NCBI GenBank assembly: GCA_040954595.2
Contig: CM082582.2
Span: 10,965,483-11,029,482 of the forward strand
Length of the DNA: 64,000 nt
Source of the DNA: Balanoglossus misakiensis
Taxonomy: Eukaryota > Animalia > Hemichordata
Reading direction: 5' to 3'
Part shown: piece after piece, positions 28,501 through 38,599 of the stretch
How positions within the stretch are numbered: position 1 is the first letter of the stretch
How the letters are laid out: each line of letters begins with the position of its first letter
Notes under the pieces: generated by a model
Seen by the model: the letters and a program-made list of their open reading frames with translations, nothing else
Database searches by the model: none
What the model was told of the DNA's origin: nothing
Program-made: the position numbers and the translations under genes

Positions 28501-31500
28501 AAATTTCGCAAAGTCGAAAAATCGTCGATTTTTGAACATTTTCCTGAGCTATAACCCATGGTTTTTTCAAAAAATGACCAAATTTTGAAATTTCGCAAAG
28601 TCGAAAAATCGTCGATTTTTGAACATTTTCCTGAGCTATAACCCATGGTTTTTTCAAAAAATGACCAAATTTTGAAATTTCGCAAAGTCGAAAAATCGTC
28701 GATTTTTGAACATTTTCCTGAGCTATAACCCATGGTTTTTTCAAAAAATGACCAAATTTTGAAATTTCGCAAAGTCGAAAAATCGTCGATTTTTGAACAT
28801 TTTCCTGAGCTATAACCCATGGTTTTTTCAAAAAATGACCAAATTTTGAAATTTCGCAAAGTCGAAAAATCGTCGATTTTTGAACATTTTCCTGAGCTAT
28901 AACCCATGGTTTTTTCAAAAAATGACCAAATTTTGAAATTTCGCAAAGTCGAAAAATCGTCGATTTTTGAACATTTTCCTGAGCTATAACCCATGGTTTT
29001 TTCAAAAAATGACCAAATTTTGAAATTTCGCAAAGTCGAAAAATCGTCGATTTTTGAACATTTTCCTGAGCTATAACCCATGGTTTTTTCAAAAAATGAC
29101 CAAATTTTGAAATTTCGCAAAGTCGAAAAATCGTCGATTTTTGAACATTTTCCTGTGCTATAACCCATGGTTTTTTCAAAAAATGACCAAATTTTGAAAT
29201 TTCGCAAAGTCGAAAAATCGTCGATTTTTGAACATTTTCCTGAGCTATAACCCATGTTTTTTTCAAAAAATGACCAAATTTTGAAAATTCGCAAAGTCGA
29301 AAAAGTCTTCGATTTTTGAACATTTTCCTGAGCTATAACCCATGGTTTTTTCAAAAAATGACCAAATTTTGAAATTTCGCAAAGTCGAAAAATCGTCGTT
29401 TTTTGAACATTTTCCTGAGCTATAACCCATGGTTTTTCAAAAAATTGACCAAATTTTGAAATTTCGCAAAGTCGAAAAATCGTCGATTTTTGAACATTTT
29501 CCTGAGCTATAACCCATGGTTTTTTCAAAAAATGACCAAATTTTGAAATTTGGCAAAGTCGAAAAATCGTCGATTTTTGAACATTTTCCTGAGCTATAAC
29601 CCATGGTTTTTTCACAAAATGACCAAATTTTGAAATTTCGCAAAGTCGAAAAATTGTCGATTTTTGAACATTTTCCTGAGCTATAACCCATGGTTTTTTC
29701 AAAAAATGACCAAATTTTGAAATTTCGCAAAGTCGAAAAATCGTCGATTTTTGAACATTTTACTGAGCTATAACCCATGGTTTTTTCAAAAAATGACCAA
29801 ATTTTGAAATTTCGCAAAGTCGAAAAATCGTCGATTTTTGAACATTTTCCTGAGCTATAACCCATGGTTTTTTCAAAAAATGACCAAATTTTGAAATTTC
29901 GGAAAGTCGAAAAATTGTCAATTTTTGATGATTTTCATGAGCTATAGCCCATGATTTTTTCAAAAAAATGAAGAAATTTTGAAAATACGGAAAGTCGAAA
30001 AATTGTCAATTTTGGATGATTTTCATGAGCTATAACCCATGATTTTTTCAAAAAATGAAGAAATTTTGAAAATTCGGAAAGTCGAAAAATTGTCAATTTT
30101 GGATGATTTTCATGAGCTATAACCCATGATTTTTTCAAAAAATGAAGAAATTTTGAAAATTCGCAAAGTCGAAAAATTGTCAATTTTGGATGATTTTCAT
30201 GAGCTATAACCCATGATTTTTTCAAAAAATGAAGAAATTTTTAAAATTCGGAAAGTCGAAAAATTGTCAATTTTGGATGATTTTCATGAGCTATAACCCA
30301 TGATTTTTTCAAAAAATGAAGAAATTTTGAAAATACGCAAAGTCGAAAAATTGTCAATTTTGGATGATTTTCATGAGCTATAACCCATGATTTTTTCAAA
30401 AAATGACCAAATTTTGAAATTTCGGAAAGTCGAAAAATTGTCAATTTTTGATGATTTTCATGAGCTATAACCCATGGTTTTTTCAAAAAATGACCAAATT
30501 TTGAAAATTCGCAAAGTCGAAAAATCGTCGATTTTTGAACATTTTCCTGAGCTATAACCCATGGTTTTTTCAAAAAATGACCAAATTTTGAAATTTCGCA
30601 AAGTCGAAAAATCGTCGATTTTTGAACATTTTCCTGAGCTATAACCCATGGTTTTTTCAAAAAATGACCAAATTTTGAAATTTCGCAAAGTCGAAAAATC
30701 GTCGATTTTTGAACATTTTCCTGAGCTATAACCCATGGTTTTTTCAAAAAATGACCAAATTTTGAAATTTCGCAAAGTCGAAAAATCGTCGATTTTTGAA
30801 CATTTTCCTGAGCTATAACCCATGGTTTTTTCACAAAATGACCAAATTTTGAAATTTCGCAAAGTCGAAAAATTGTCGATTTTTGAACATTTTCCTGAGC
30901 TATAACCCATGGTTTTTTCAAAAAATGACCAAATTTTGAAATTTCGCAAAGTCGAAAAATCGTCGATTTTTGAACATTTTACTGAGCTATAACCCATGGT
31001 TTTTTCAAAAAATGACCAAATTTTGAAATTTCGCAAAGTCGAAAAATCGTCGATTTTTGAACATTTTCCTGAGCTATAACCCATGGTTTTTTAAAAAAAT
31101 GACCAAATTTTGAAATTTCGGAAAGTCGAAAAATTGTCAATTTTTGATGATTTTCATGAGCTATAACCCATGATTTTTTCAAAAAATGAAGAAATTTTGA
31201 AAATTCGCAAAGTCGAAAAATTGTCAATTTTGGATGATTTTCATGAGCTATAACCCATGATGTTTTCCAAAAATGAAGAAATTTTGAAAATTCGCAAAGT
31301 CGAAAAATTGTCAATTTTGGATGATTTTCATGAGCTATAACCCATGATTTTTTCAAAAAAATGAAGAAATTTTGAAAATTCGCAAAGTCGAAAAATTGTC
31401 AATTTTGGATGATTTTCATGAGCTATAACCCATGATTTTTTCAAAAAAATGAAGAAATTTTGAAAATTCGCAAAGTCAAAAAATTGTCAATTTTGGATGA

Positions 31501-34290
31501 TTTTCATGAGCTATAACCCATGATTTTTTCAAAAAAATGAAGAAATTTTGAAAATTCGGAAAGTCGAATAATTGTCAATTTTGGATGATTTTCATGAGCT
31601 ATAACCCATGATTTTTTCAAAAAATGAAGAAATTTTGAAAATTCGGAAAGTCGAAAAATTGTCAATTTTGGATGATTTTCATGAGCTATAGCCCATGATT
31701 TTTTCAGAAAAATGAAGAAATTTTGAAAATTCGGAAAGTCGAAAAATTGTCAATTTTGGATGATTTTCATGAGCTATAACCCATGATTTTTTCAAAAAAT
31801 GAAGAAATTTTGAAAATTCGCAAAGTCGAAAAATTGTCAATTTTGGATGATTTTCATGAGCTATAACCCATGATTTTTTCAAAAAATGAAGAAATTTTGA
31901 AAATTCGGAAATTCGAAAAATTGTCAATTTTGGATGATTTTCATGAGCTATAACCCATGATTTTTTCAAAAAAATGAAGAAATTTTGAAAATTCGCAAAG
32001 TCGAAAAATTGTCATTTTTGGATGATTTTAATGAGCTATAACCCATGATTTTTTCAAAAAATGAAGAAATTTTGAAAATTCGCAAAGTCAAAAAATTGTC
32101 AATTTTGGATGATTTTCATGAGCTATAACCCATGATTTTTTTCAAAAAATGAAGAAATTTTGAAAATTCGCAAAGTCGAAAAATTGTCAATTTTTGAACA
32201 TTTTCCTGAGCTATAACCCATGGTTTTTTCAAAAAATGACCAAATTTTGAAAATTCGCAAAGTCGAAAAATTGTCAATTTTGGATGATTTTCATGGGCTA
32301 TAACCCATGATTTTTTCAAAAAAATGAAGAAATTTTGAAAATTCGGAAAGTCAAAAAAATGTCAATTTTGGATGATTTTCATGAGCTATAACCCATGATT
32401 TTTTCAAAAAATGAAGAAATTTTGAAAATTCGGAAAGTCGAAAAATTGTCAATTTTTGATGATTTTCATGAGCTATAGCCCATGATTTTTTCAAAAAAAT
32501 GAAGAAATTTTGAAAATTCGGAAAGTCGAAAAATTGTCAATTTTAGATGATTTTCATGAGCTATAACCCATGATTTTTTCAAAAAATGAAGAAATTTTGA
32601 AAATTCGCAAAGTCGAAAAATTGTCAATTTTGGATGATTTTCATGAGCTATAACCCATGATTTTTTCAAAAAATGAAGAAATTTTGAAAATTCGCAAAGT
32701 CGAAAAATTGTCAATTTTGGATGATTTTCATGAGCTATAACCCATGATTTTTTCAAAAAATGAAGAAATTTTGAAAATTCGGAAAGTCGAAAAATTGTCA
32801 ATTTTGGATGATTTTCATGAGCTATAACCCATGATTTTTTCAAAAAATGAAGAAATTTTGAAAATACGCAAAGTCGAAAAATTGTCAATTTTGGATGATT
32901 TTCATGAGCTATAACCCATGATTTTTTCAAAAAATGAAGAAATTTTGAAAATTCGGAAAGTCGAAAAATTGTCAATTTTGGATGATTTTCATGAGCTATA
33001 ACCCATGATTTTTTCAAAAAATGAAGAAATTTTGAAAATTCGCAAAGTCGAAAAATTGTCAATTTCAGATGATTTTCATGAGCTATAACCCATGATTTTT
33101 ACAAAAAATGAAGAAATTTTGAAAATACGCAAAGTCGAAAAATTGTCAATTTTGGATGATTTTCATGAGCTATAACCCATGATTTTTTCAAAAAAATGAA
33201 GAAATTTTGAAAATTCGCAAAGTCAAAAAATTGTCAATTTTGGATGATTTTCATGAGCTATAACCCATGATTTTTTCAAAAAAATGAAGAAATTTTGAAA
33301 ATTCGCAAAGTCGAAAAATTGTCAATTTTGGATGATTTTCATGAGCTATAACCCATGATTTTTTCAAAAAAATGAAGAAATTTTGAAAATTCGCAAAGTC
33401 AAAAAATTGTCAATTTTGGATGATTTTCATGAGCTATAACCCATGATTTTTTCAAAAAATGAAGAAATTTTGAAAATTCGCAAAGTCGAAAAATTGTCAA
33501 TTTTGGATGATTTTCATGAGCTATAACCCATGATTTTTTCAAAAAAATGAAGAAATTTTGAAAATTCGCAAAGTCGAAAAATTGTCAATTTTGGATGATT
33601 TTCATGAGCTATAACCCATGATTTTTTCAAAAAATGAAGAAATTTTGAAAATTCGCAAAGTCGAAAAATTGTCAATTTTGGATGATTTTCATGAGCTATA
33701 ACCCATGATTTTTTCAAAAAATGAAGAAATTTTGAAAATTCGCAAAGTCGAAAAATTGTCAATTTTGGAGGATTTTTATGAGCTATAACCCATGATTTTT
33801 TCAAAAAAATGAAGAAATTTTGAAAATTCGCAAAGTCGAAAAATTGTCAATTTTGGATGATTTTCATGAGCTATAACCCATGATTTTTTCAAAAAATGAA
33901 GAAATTTTGAAAATTCGCAAAGTCGAAAAATTGTCAATTTTGGATGATTTTCATGAGCTATAACCCATGATTTTTTCAAAAAATGAAGAAATTTTGAAAA
34001 TTCGCAAAGTCGAAAAATTGTCATCTTTGGATGATTTTCACGAATTATAATCCATGCATGTGACATGTATATAGAAAATTTCACAAAAACAAGAATTTGC
34101 CATTTTTTGACCGCGTTTGAGTTGCATTCCATGCATATGACATGACTATGACATAATGGCCAAAATGATTAAATGTGTCATTTTTGTTCATGTATGAGTT
34201 TTAATTCATTCAATTGACATGGCATAATGACCAATTTCAAGAAGTTAGGAAATTTGAGCGTGTACGACTTATAAACCATGCATATGACAT
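13590..34290. repeat. 87-bp tandem satellite array (~230 well-conserved units plus diverged flanking units) inside intron 2 of the CAP gene
   Basis: Major monomer gagctataacccatggttttttcaaaaaatgaccaaattttgaaa(t/a)ttcgcaaagtcgaaaaatcgtcgatttttgaacattttcct from ~14.0 to 31.1 kb. A second subfamily (ccatga...gaagaa...ttgtcaattttggatgattttcat) occurs at ~13.9 kb, 29.9-30.47 kb and 31.1-34.03 kb. Degenerate ~86-bp units lie at both edges. Confidence 0.99.
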
Positions 34291-34591
34291 ACATGTATTT
34301 GTAATATAACAGTCTATTTAATTAGTATAGCGTTTTTTTTTGTAAAATATATGGAATTTCTTATGGACGCTTTTGATATTTTTTTCCTTTCATGAGTGCA
34401 TTATTTGATTAGGATTATTCCCATTTACGACACTGCGCTCGCGGTCTCTTTTCTTCGGGTCTAGGGCATTCCTAGCGCTCTGACCCTAAAATGACCTCCT
34501 GGTAAAAGACAGAGCCCCGCTTACTCATCCGTGTAATTCCTAAAATGTTTTCATGGAATTTCTCTTTCTTTCCTTTTTACAATTATCTAAG

Positions 34592-34852
34592 AAATGGGAT
34601 TATGAGCTAGCAAAACAAGCAAGAGATTTCGCCGTCTGCGAAAACATTGGCCAAACGGTGACCACCGAGGCGGCGTCGGATTTTGAATTTTTCTACGGCG
34701 ACGAAGAGGTCTCAACGCCGGGCAGAAACACAGCGTTTGACGGAAAGACTACCATCAGAGAACTCATAGAAACTTGGTTTAACCAGAGAGAGTATTATAG
34801 CTATGAATGGCAATCGTGTAAGCCAGGGAAAAATTGCAACGAATTCTTACAG
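34592..34852 (+). CDS. CAP/CRISP-like protein, exon 3
   Basis: Polypyrimidine tract plus aag| acceptor and CAG|gtaggt donor, phase 0/0. Encodes KWDYELAKQARDFAVC...GRN...IETWFNQREYYSYEWQSCKPGKNCNEFLQ, the CAP core (WDxxLAxxA, WxxE-like, YxYxxxxC). Confidence 0.93.
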
Positions 34853-35084
34853 GTAGGTTGCTATTGGTATATCTTGTCTGTTCTTATGGCATTGACTGTG
34901 TACCGTTTTTTGAAAACAGAGTCTTTGGTTTGGCACATGCGCATATGACAATCGACACCTTTTAAAGGGACATTAGCTTAATCCTTTGAAATTTTTTAGT
35001 AGTTTTGTTCTGTGCATCAAACGGTGTGATTGATGTTTTGACCAGAACACGAAATATCATAGGGCTTTATGCTTGTTTTCATAG

Positions 35085-35185
35085 CTTGCCTGGGCCGATG
35101 CTGATCGCATTGGTTGTGCTGTCAATCGAGGGTGCGTCCACAATGGTTTCATGGTGACCTTCCTTGTTTGTGTTTACAACGTCCC
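35085..35185 (+). CDS. CAP/CRISP-like protein, exon 4
   Basis: ttttcatag| ... |gtgagt. Encodes LAWADADRIGCAVNRGCVHNGFMVTFLVCVYNVP, matching the CAP signatures QxxWAxxxxIGCA and LVCxYxP. Confidence 0.95.
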
Positions 35186-35405
35186 GTGAGTAGTTTTGCT
35201 CTTTTTAAAAACCTTCGATTATCGTCACCCATCCATTTTCGCTTGGTCACGTTTCATAATTATCAGTAATCATAAACATTTGTTCTGTTATACGTGGAAT
35301 TCGATAAAACATTAAAACCCCCGATTAATTGTCCCAAAATTGAGAAGTCATCTCGAAGAGGCAGAGAGAGAGACTGAAATCGTTAAAAATCTTGACCTCC
35401 TGCAG

Positions 35406-35494
35406 CTTCAGTGCATTTGAACCGCCATTTTTGTTGGGAGAAGAATGTTCTAAATGTGACAGATCGGCTGGGTTTTGTGAAAGCGGACTTTGTG
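35406..35494 (+). CDS. CAP/CRISP-like protein, exon 5 (cysteine-rich hinge)
   Basis: cctgcag| ... |gtgagt, phase 2 to 1. Encodes FSAFEPPFLLGEECSKCDRSAGFCESGLC, matching the hinge pattern PY/FxxGxxCSxC...CxxxLC. Confidence 0.93.
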
Positions 35495-35869
35495 GTGAGT
35501 ATTCTGATAAACTAGTAATTTATTCATTTCAGATGGCGTATTTTAATTTAAGCTATTATAAAGGCAAGTGCGGGGTTGAGGTTCCTTATTTCGGAAGGGC
35601 CCAGGGTCTTACAAAATCTTACCAGCAGGTCATTTCTTTGCAACTCACAAATATCCAACAAATCGCCTACATCGTATCGACCATAAAACAATCACCAACC
35701 ATTATTGCAATTGATTGAAGATATCACTAAAGTTCCCCATGCATGGAAATGGCTGTGTGTAATTTCATACATGATCAAGTCTACTAGTTTCCACATAAAA
35801 AGACGGGTATTGCAAACAGGATATTTATCGTGTACTTACCTTCAGTAACTGCTTGTATTTTTGTTACAG

Positions 35870-35905
35870 TTCCAGATTGCTTCGAAAGTAATGGACAGCC
35901 TTGTG
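35870..35905 (+). CDS. CAP/CRISP-like protein, exon 6 (36-nt Cys linker)
   Basis: ttgttacag| ... |gtgagt, phase 1/1. Encodes VPDCFESNGQPC. An in-frame alternative acceptor (ttccag) lies 6 nt downstream. Confidence 0.8.
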
Positions 35906-36128
35906 GTGAGTACCTACGAATTTCTCAAGTAGTGTTTGCTCAAACATCACTTCTTCACGAATCTTCGTGATATGTGAATGTCCAGTACAATTAACCACGC
36001 CCCTGACGAATAACCCGACAGGTAATGGAATAATGTCGTGAGTTGCGAACGTCTCAGTCGCCATGAAAATTGTACAGCTTTTTGATAAATTTCATAATTT
36101 TTATTTTCTCTCTTTTTTAAATTACAAG

Positions 36129-36230
36129 ACTGCAAGAAATCTTGCCGCCATCCAGGCATCGGCGATGGCATCCTCGATAAGGCCACCTGTAGTTGTAAGT
36201 GTACCTATGGGAAAGGCGATGATTGTGAGG
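36129..36230 (+). CDS. CAP/CRISP-like protein, exon 7 (EGF-like module)
   Basis: Long pyrimidine tract plus aag| acceptor and G|gtaagt donor, phase 1/1. Encodes DCKKSCRHPGIGDGILDKATCSCKCTYGKGDDCE, with the EGF-type C-terminus CxCxxGxGxxCE. Confidence 0.88.
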
Positions 36231-37239
36231 GTAAGTCTTCTGTTCATGTATACTCCCCATGAGATATCCCGGTCAAGGCGGCGGAGTTCATCAGCCTTGA
36301 AGTTGTTGTGGTAATGGACCTGAATGCATAAATATATAATCCGAGAGCTGGAACCTGTGTAAACAAAAAATGCTAGCTTTGAGCAAGGCCAAGTTCAAAA
36401 AAAGTCTCGTTCTGAGAGCAAAAGCTAATCGGGCAACGAATAAACTTTGATATGTTATATTGAGTAAATGTCTATGAGCAAGTCGCGAGTTTTCACTTCA
36501 TGCAAGAACATCGTGCCCCCTTTCTAGTCCATTTGACTGAAATACATTTAAATTCCAAGCATTCTAAACATCGATAATTTTAGCATGATCTTTGTAAGAT
36601 GGTGCGTGCAGAAAAACTCGTCCCACTCGTGAATTGTTCAAGTACTAAGTTATGACGACAATCAAAGACTGCCGAAATGTCAAGTCCAAAGGACAAGATA
36701 GTATCAAATGCTATGTGTAGGCACTGCATCTTTGAGTCTTCACTCGCCAGGCGACTCATATCAACAGGAGTGATAAAATGCCGATAACGAAATATAAAGG
36801 AACTTTTCCAAAAAGCAGCGATATATAGCGACGTTAATGGCCGTTGGTGGAAGTGTACGGAAAACGGATCAGTGTTGTATATCAGAAGGACCGTTTCTTG
36901 TTGGTCTAAAAATTCCTGCAGGGAGAGAGATACGCATACAACGCTCTGACGTCAACGGTGCACCTACATTAATATAATAAACTTCGAGGCGAGTCGAGTA
37001 TCGGCAACATTTTAATTGGTCCCCTTGACGTAACGCCTATTCATGCCGATTCCGGTTGACACACCCAATTTAGAAACGGTCTGGTTTCACAAGTAGACTG
37101 CACCCACGGGTCTGCTTCGCGTGTCTTGGTGCATGTACTTCAGATAGATTTGCAGCGTCGGGGCGAAATAAGATATTTACAAAGACAGCTCGATGATAAA
37201 AAAATACGTACGTCACGTTCTTTTCCCATCACTTCTCAG

Positions 37240-37368
37240 AAATATGCGAGAATCCTGCACATTACGAGGACTGGGACATATGCGCCGAAATGGACACCCC
37301 GGAGGGGTGCGTTGACATGCCAGAATGGCAGCTCGAGTGGTGTCCTGCAAACTGCGATTACGGCTGTC
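37240..37368 (+). CDS. CAP/CRISP-like protein, exon 8 (ShK toxin-like six-cysteine domain)
   Basis: ttctcag| ... |gtaagt, phase 1/1. Encodes EICENPAHYEDWDICAEMDTPEGCVDMPEWQLEWCPANCDYGC: six Cys ending CPxxCxxxC, close to the ShKT CPxxCxxC pattern. Confidence 0.85.
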
Positions 37369-37554
37369 GTAAGTTAATGTCTATTTTTTACCACTTCTAG
37401 CGAGAACTGATGACGGGGACTTCTATATATTATTAAAGGGGTGATAACAGCAATTTCTTTCCACTGCAAGACTGCAAGTGCGCCCCCAACGGATAGTTTT
37501 GTGTTTTCTTTGTGCACTTACCGTCACTTTCTGTGAACTTCACTCTTTTTTCAG

Positions 37555-37631
37555 GGAGAGCTCCAGCGATGGAGGAACAACGCCCAACCAACGAATACTC
37601 AGGTCAAATACAGTACGGCCAGCCAATTTAG
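37555..37631 (+). CDS. CAP/CRISP-like protein, terminal coding exon 9
   Basis: tttttcag| acceptor in phase 1. Encodes RRAPAMEEQRPTNEYSGQIQYGQPI then TAG. The summed CDS of all nine exons is 993 nt (330 aa + stop) with consistent phases. Confidence 0.75.
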
Positions 37632-38599
37632 AAGTGGCATTTTTATTTGCATGCCCACAGAAAGACAACAGTACCCATAATGACAGAATAGAATACACCA
37701 TGTATTTTACGTTGTTCTGAGGACCTTTAGGCAGTAGATACTGTCCCACAACTTAAACTGGCCGTCTTTCTTCCCTTCTGACACATCACCATTTAATTGT
37801 ATTTCTTTAAGCAACAAAGATGCACGTTTTGTTTTGTCGTTGAAGTAGTTTTAACCACAAACGTTTAGTATTGAACAAGTCGCGCTTGTTTATATGCTCA
37901 CGTACGTGCCTGCTCCACTTTCATCTTAGTTGTTAGTCTAGTCTAGATCGACTTGATAAACGAACTTTCACCAACGGCTTTGTATTTGTAGTTCACTAAA
38001 TCGACTAGATTTCCTTGCAGTCTTTGCTGATTTCTATTTATCGTTATAAACATATCTTGATGTCATTTACGCCATTTTGACGTTACTGACGCCATGACAC
38101 ATTTCTTGACGTCACTGACGCCATTTTGTCTTGTGAATAAACGGACGTGCATATCATTAATTTATTAAAGTCTTTTTCCGTGTCCTGGGTTATTGCGTGT
38201 TCCCGTTTCTTTTTATCGCTACGTCACGAATCACGAATGGTGCAAATTTATTAACCAATTTAAATGTTTAGTTTGGTGACCAGAGTAAATTGTAAAAGTA
38301 TCAACTAAATTGGATTAAACTTCGCAGGTACTTTGACCATTTGAGTGCGTAGTGTGCAAACTGCTACCTCATTCAACGACATTTTTTCGCCCTGTCTCGG
38401 CTTCAGGAAATTAACGGGCCGTTGGGGTAATAAAATGATACAGACACAAGTATTTCATTTTAATCTAGTTCATTGAAAATTTTAATTTCAAAGTATTGAA
38501 AACATAAACAAAAGAGGATACATGTATACAGTATTATCTGTTTGAATTTCAGACTACAGCTTGGTACACATAAATGGAAAAAAAAAACTATTATCATTA

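Noticed and set aside
13900-34030. CRISPR-like appearance of regular repeats
   Set aside because: Head-to-tail monomers with no unique spacers, no cas genes, and a eukaryotic context.
13939-34132. Very long minus-strand ORFs (up to 1366 aa) of 29-aa repeats (MGYSSGKCSKIDDF... / MKKPWVIAQENVQK...)
   Set aside because: They arise because 87 is divisible by 3 and two frames of the monomer lack stops. Overlapping frames are equally open, ORFs switch frame at homopolymer indels, subfamily B puts a stop in one frame, and the region is intronic.
13590-34290. Satellite edges as terminal inverted repeats of a DNA transposon
   Set aside because: The similar edge sequences are in direct orientation and are diverged monomers, not TIRs.
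37930-38245. Possible solo LTR (TGT start, internal direct repeat gacgtNactgacgccat, AATAAA, followed by tggtg)
   Set aside because: No TSD, no clean CA end and no extended tRNA-complementary PBS; it may simply be 3' UTR of the CAP gene.
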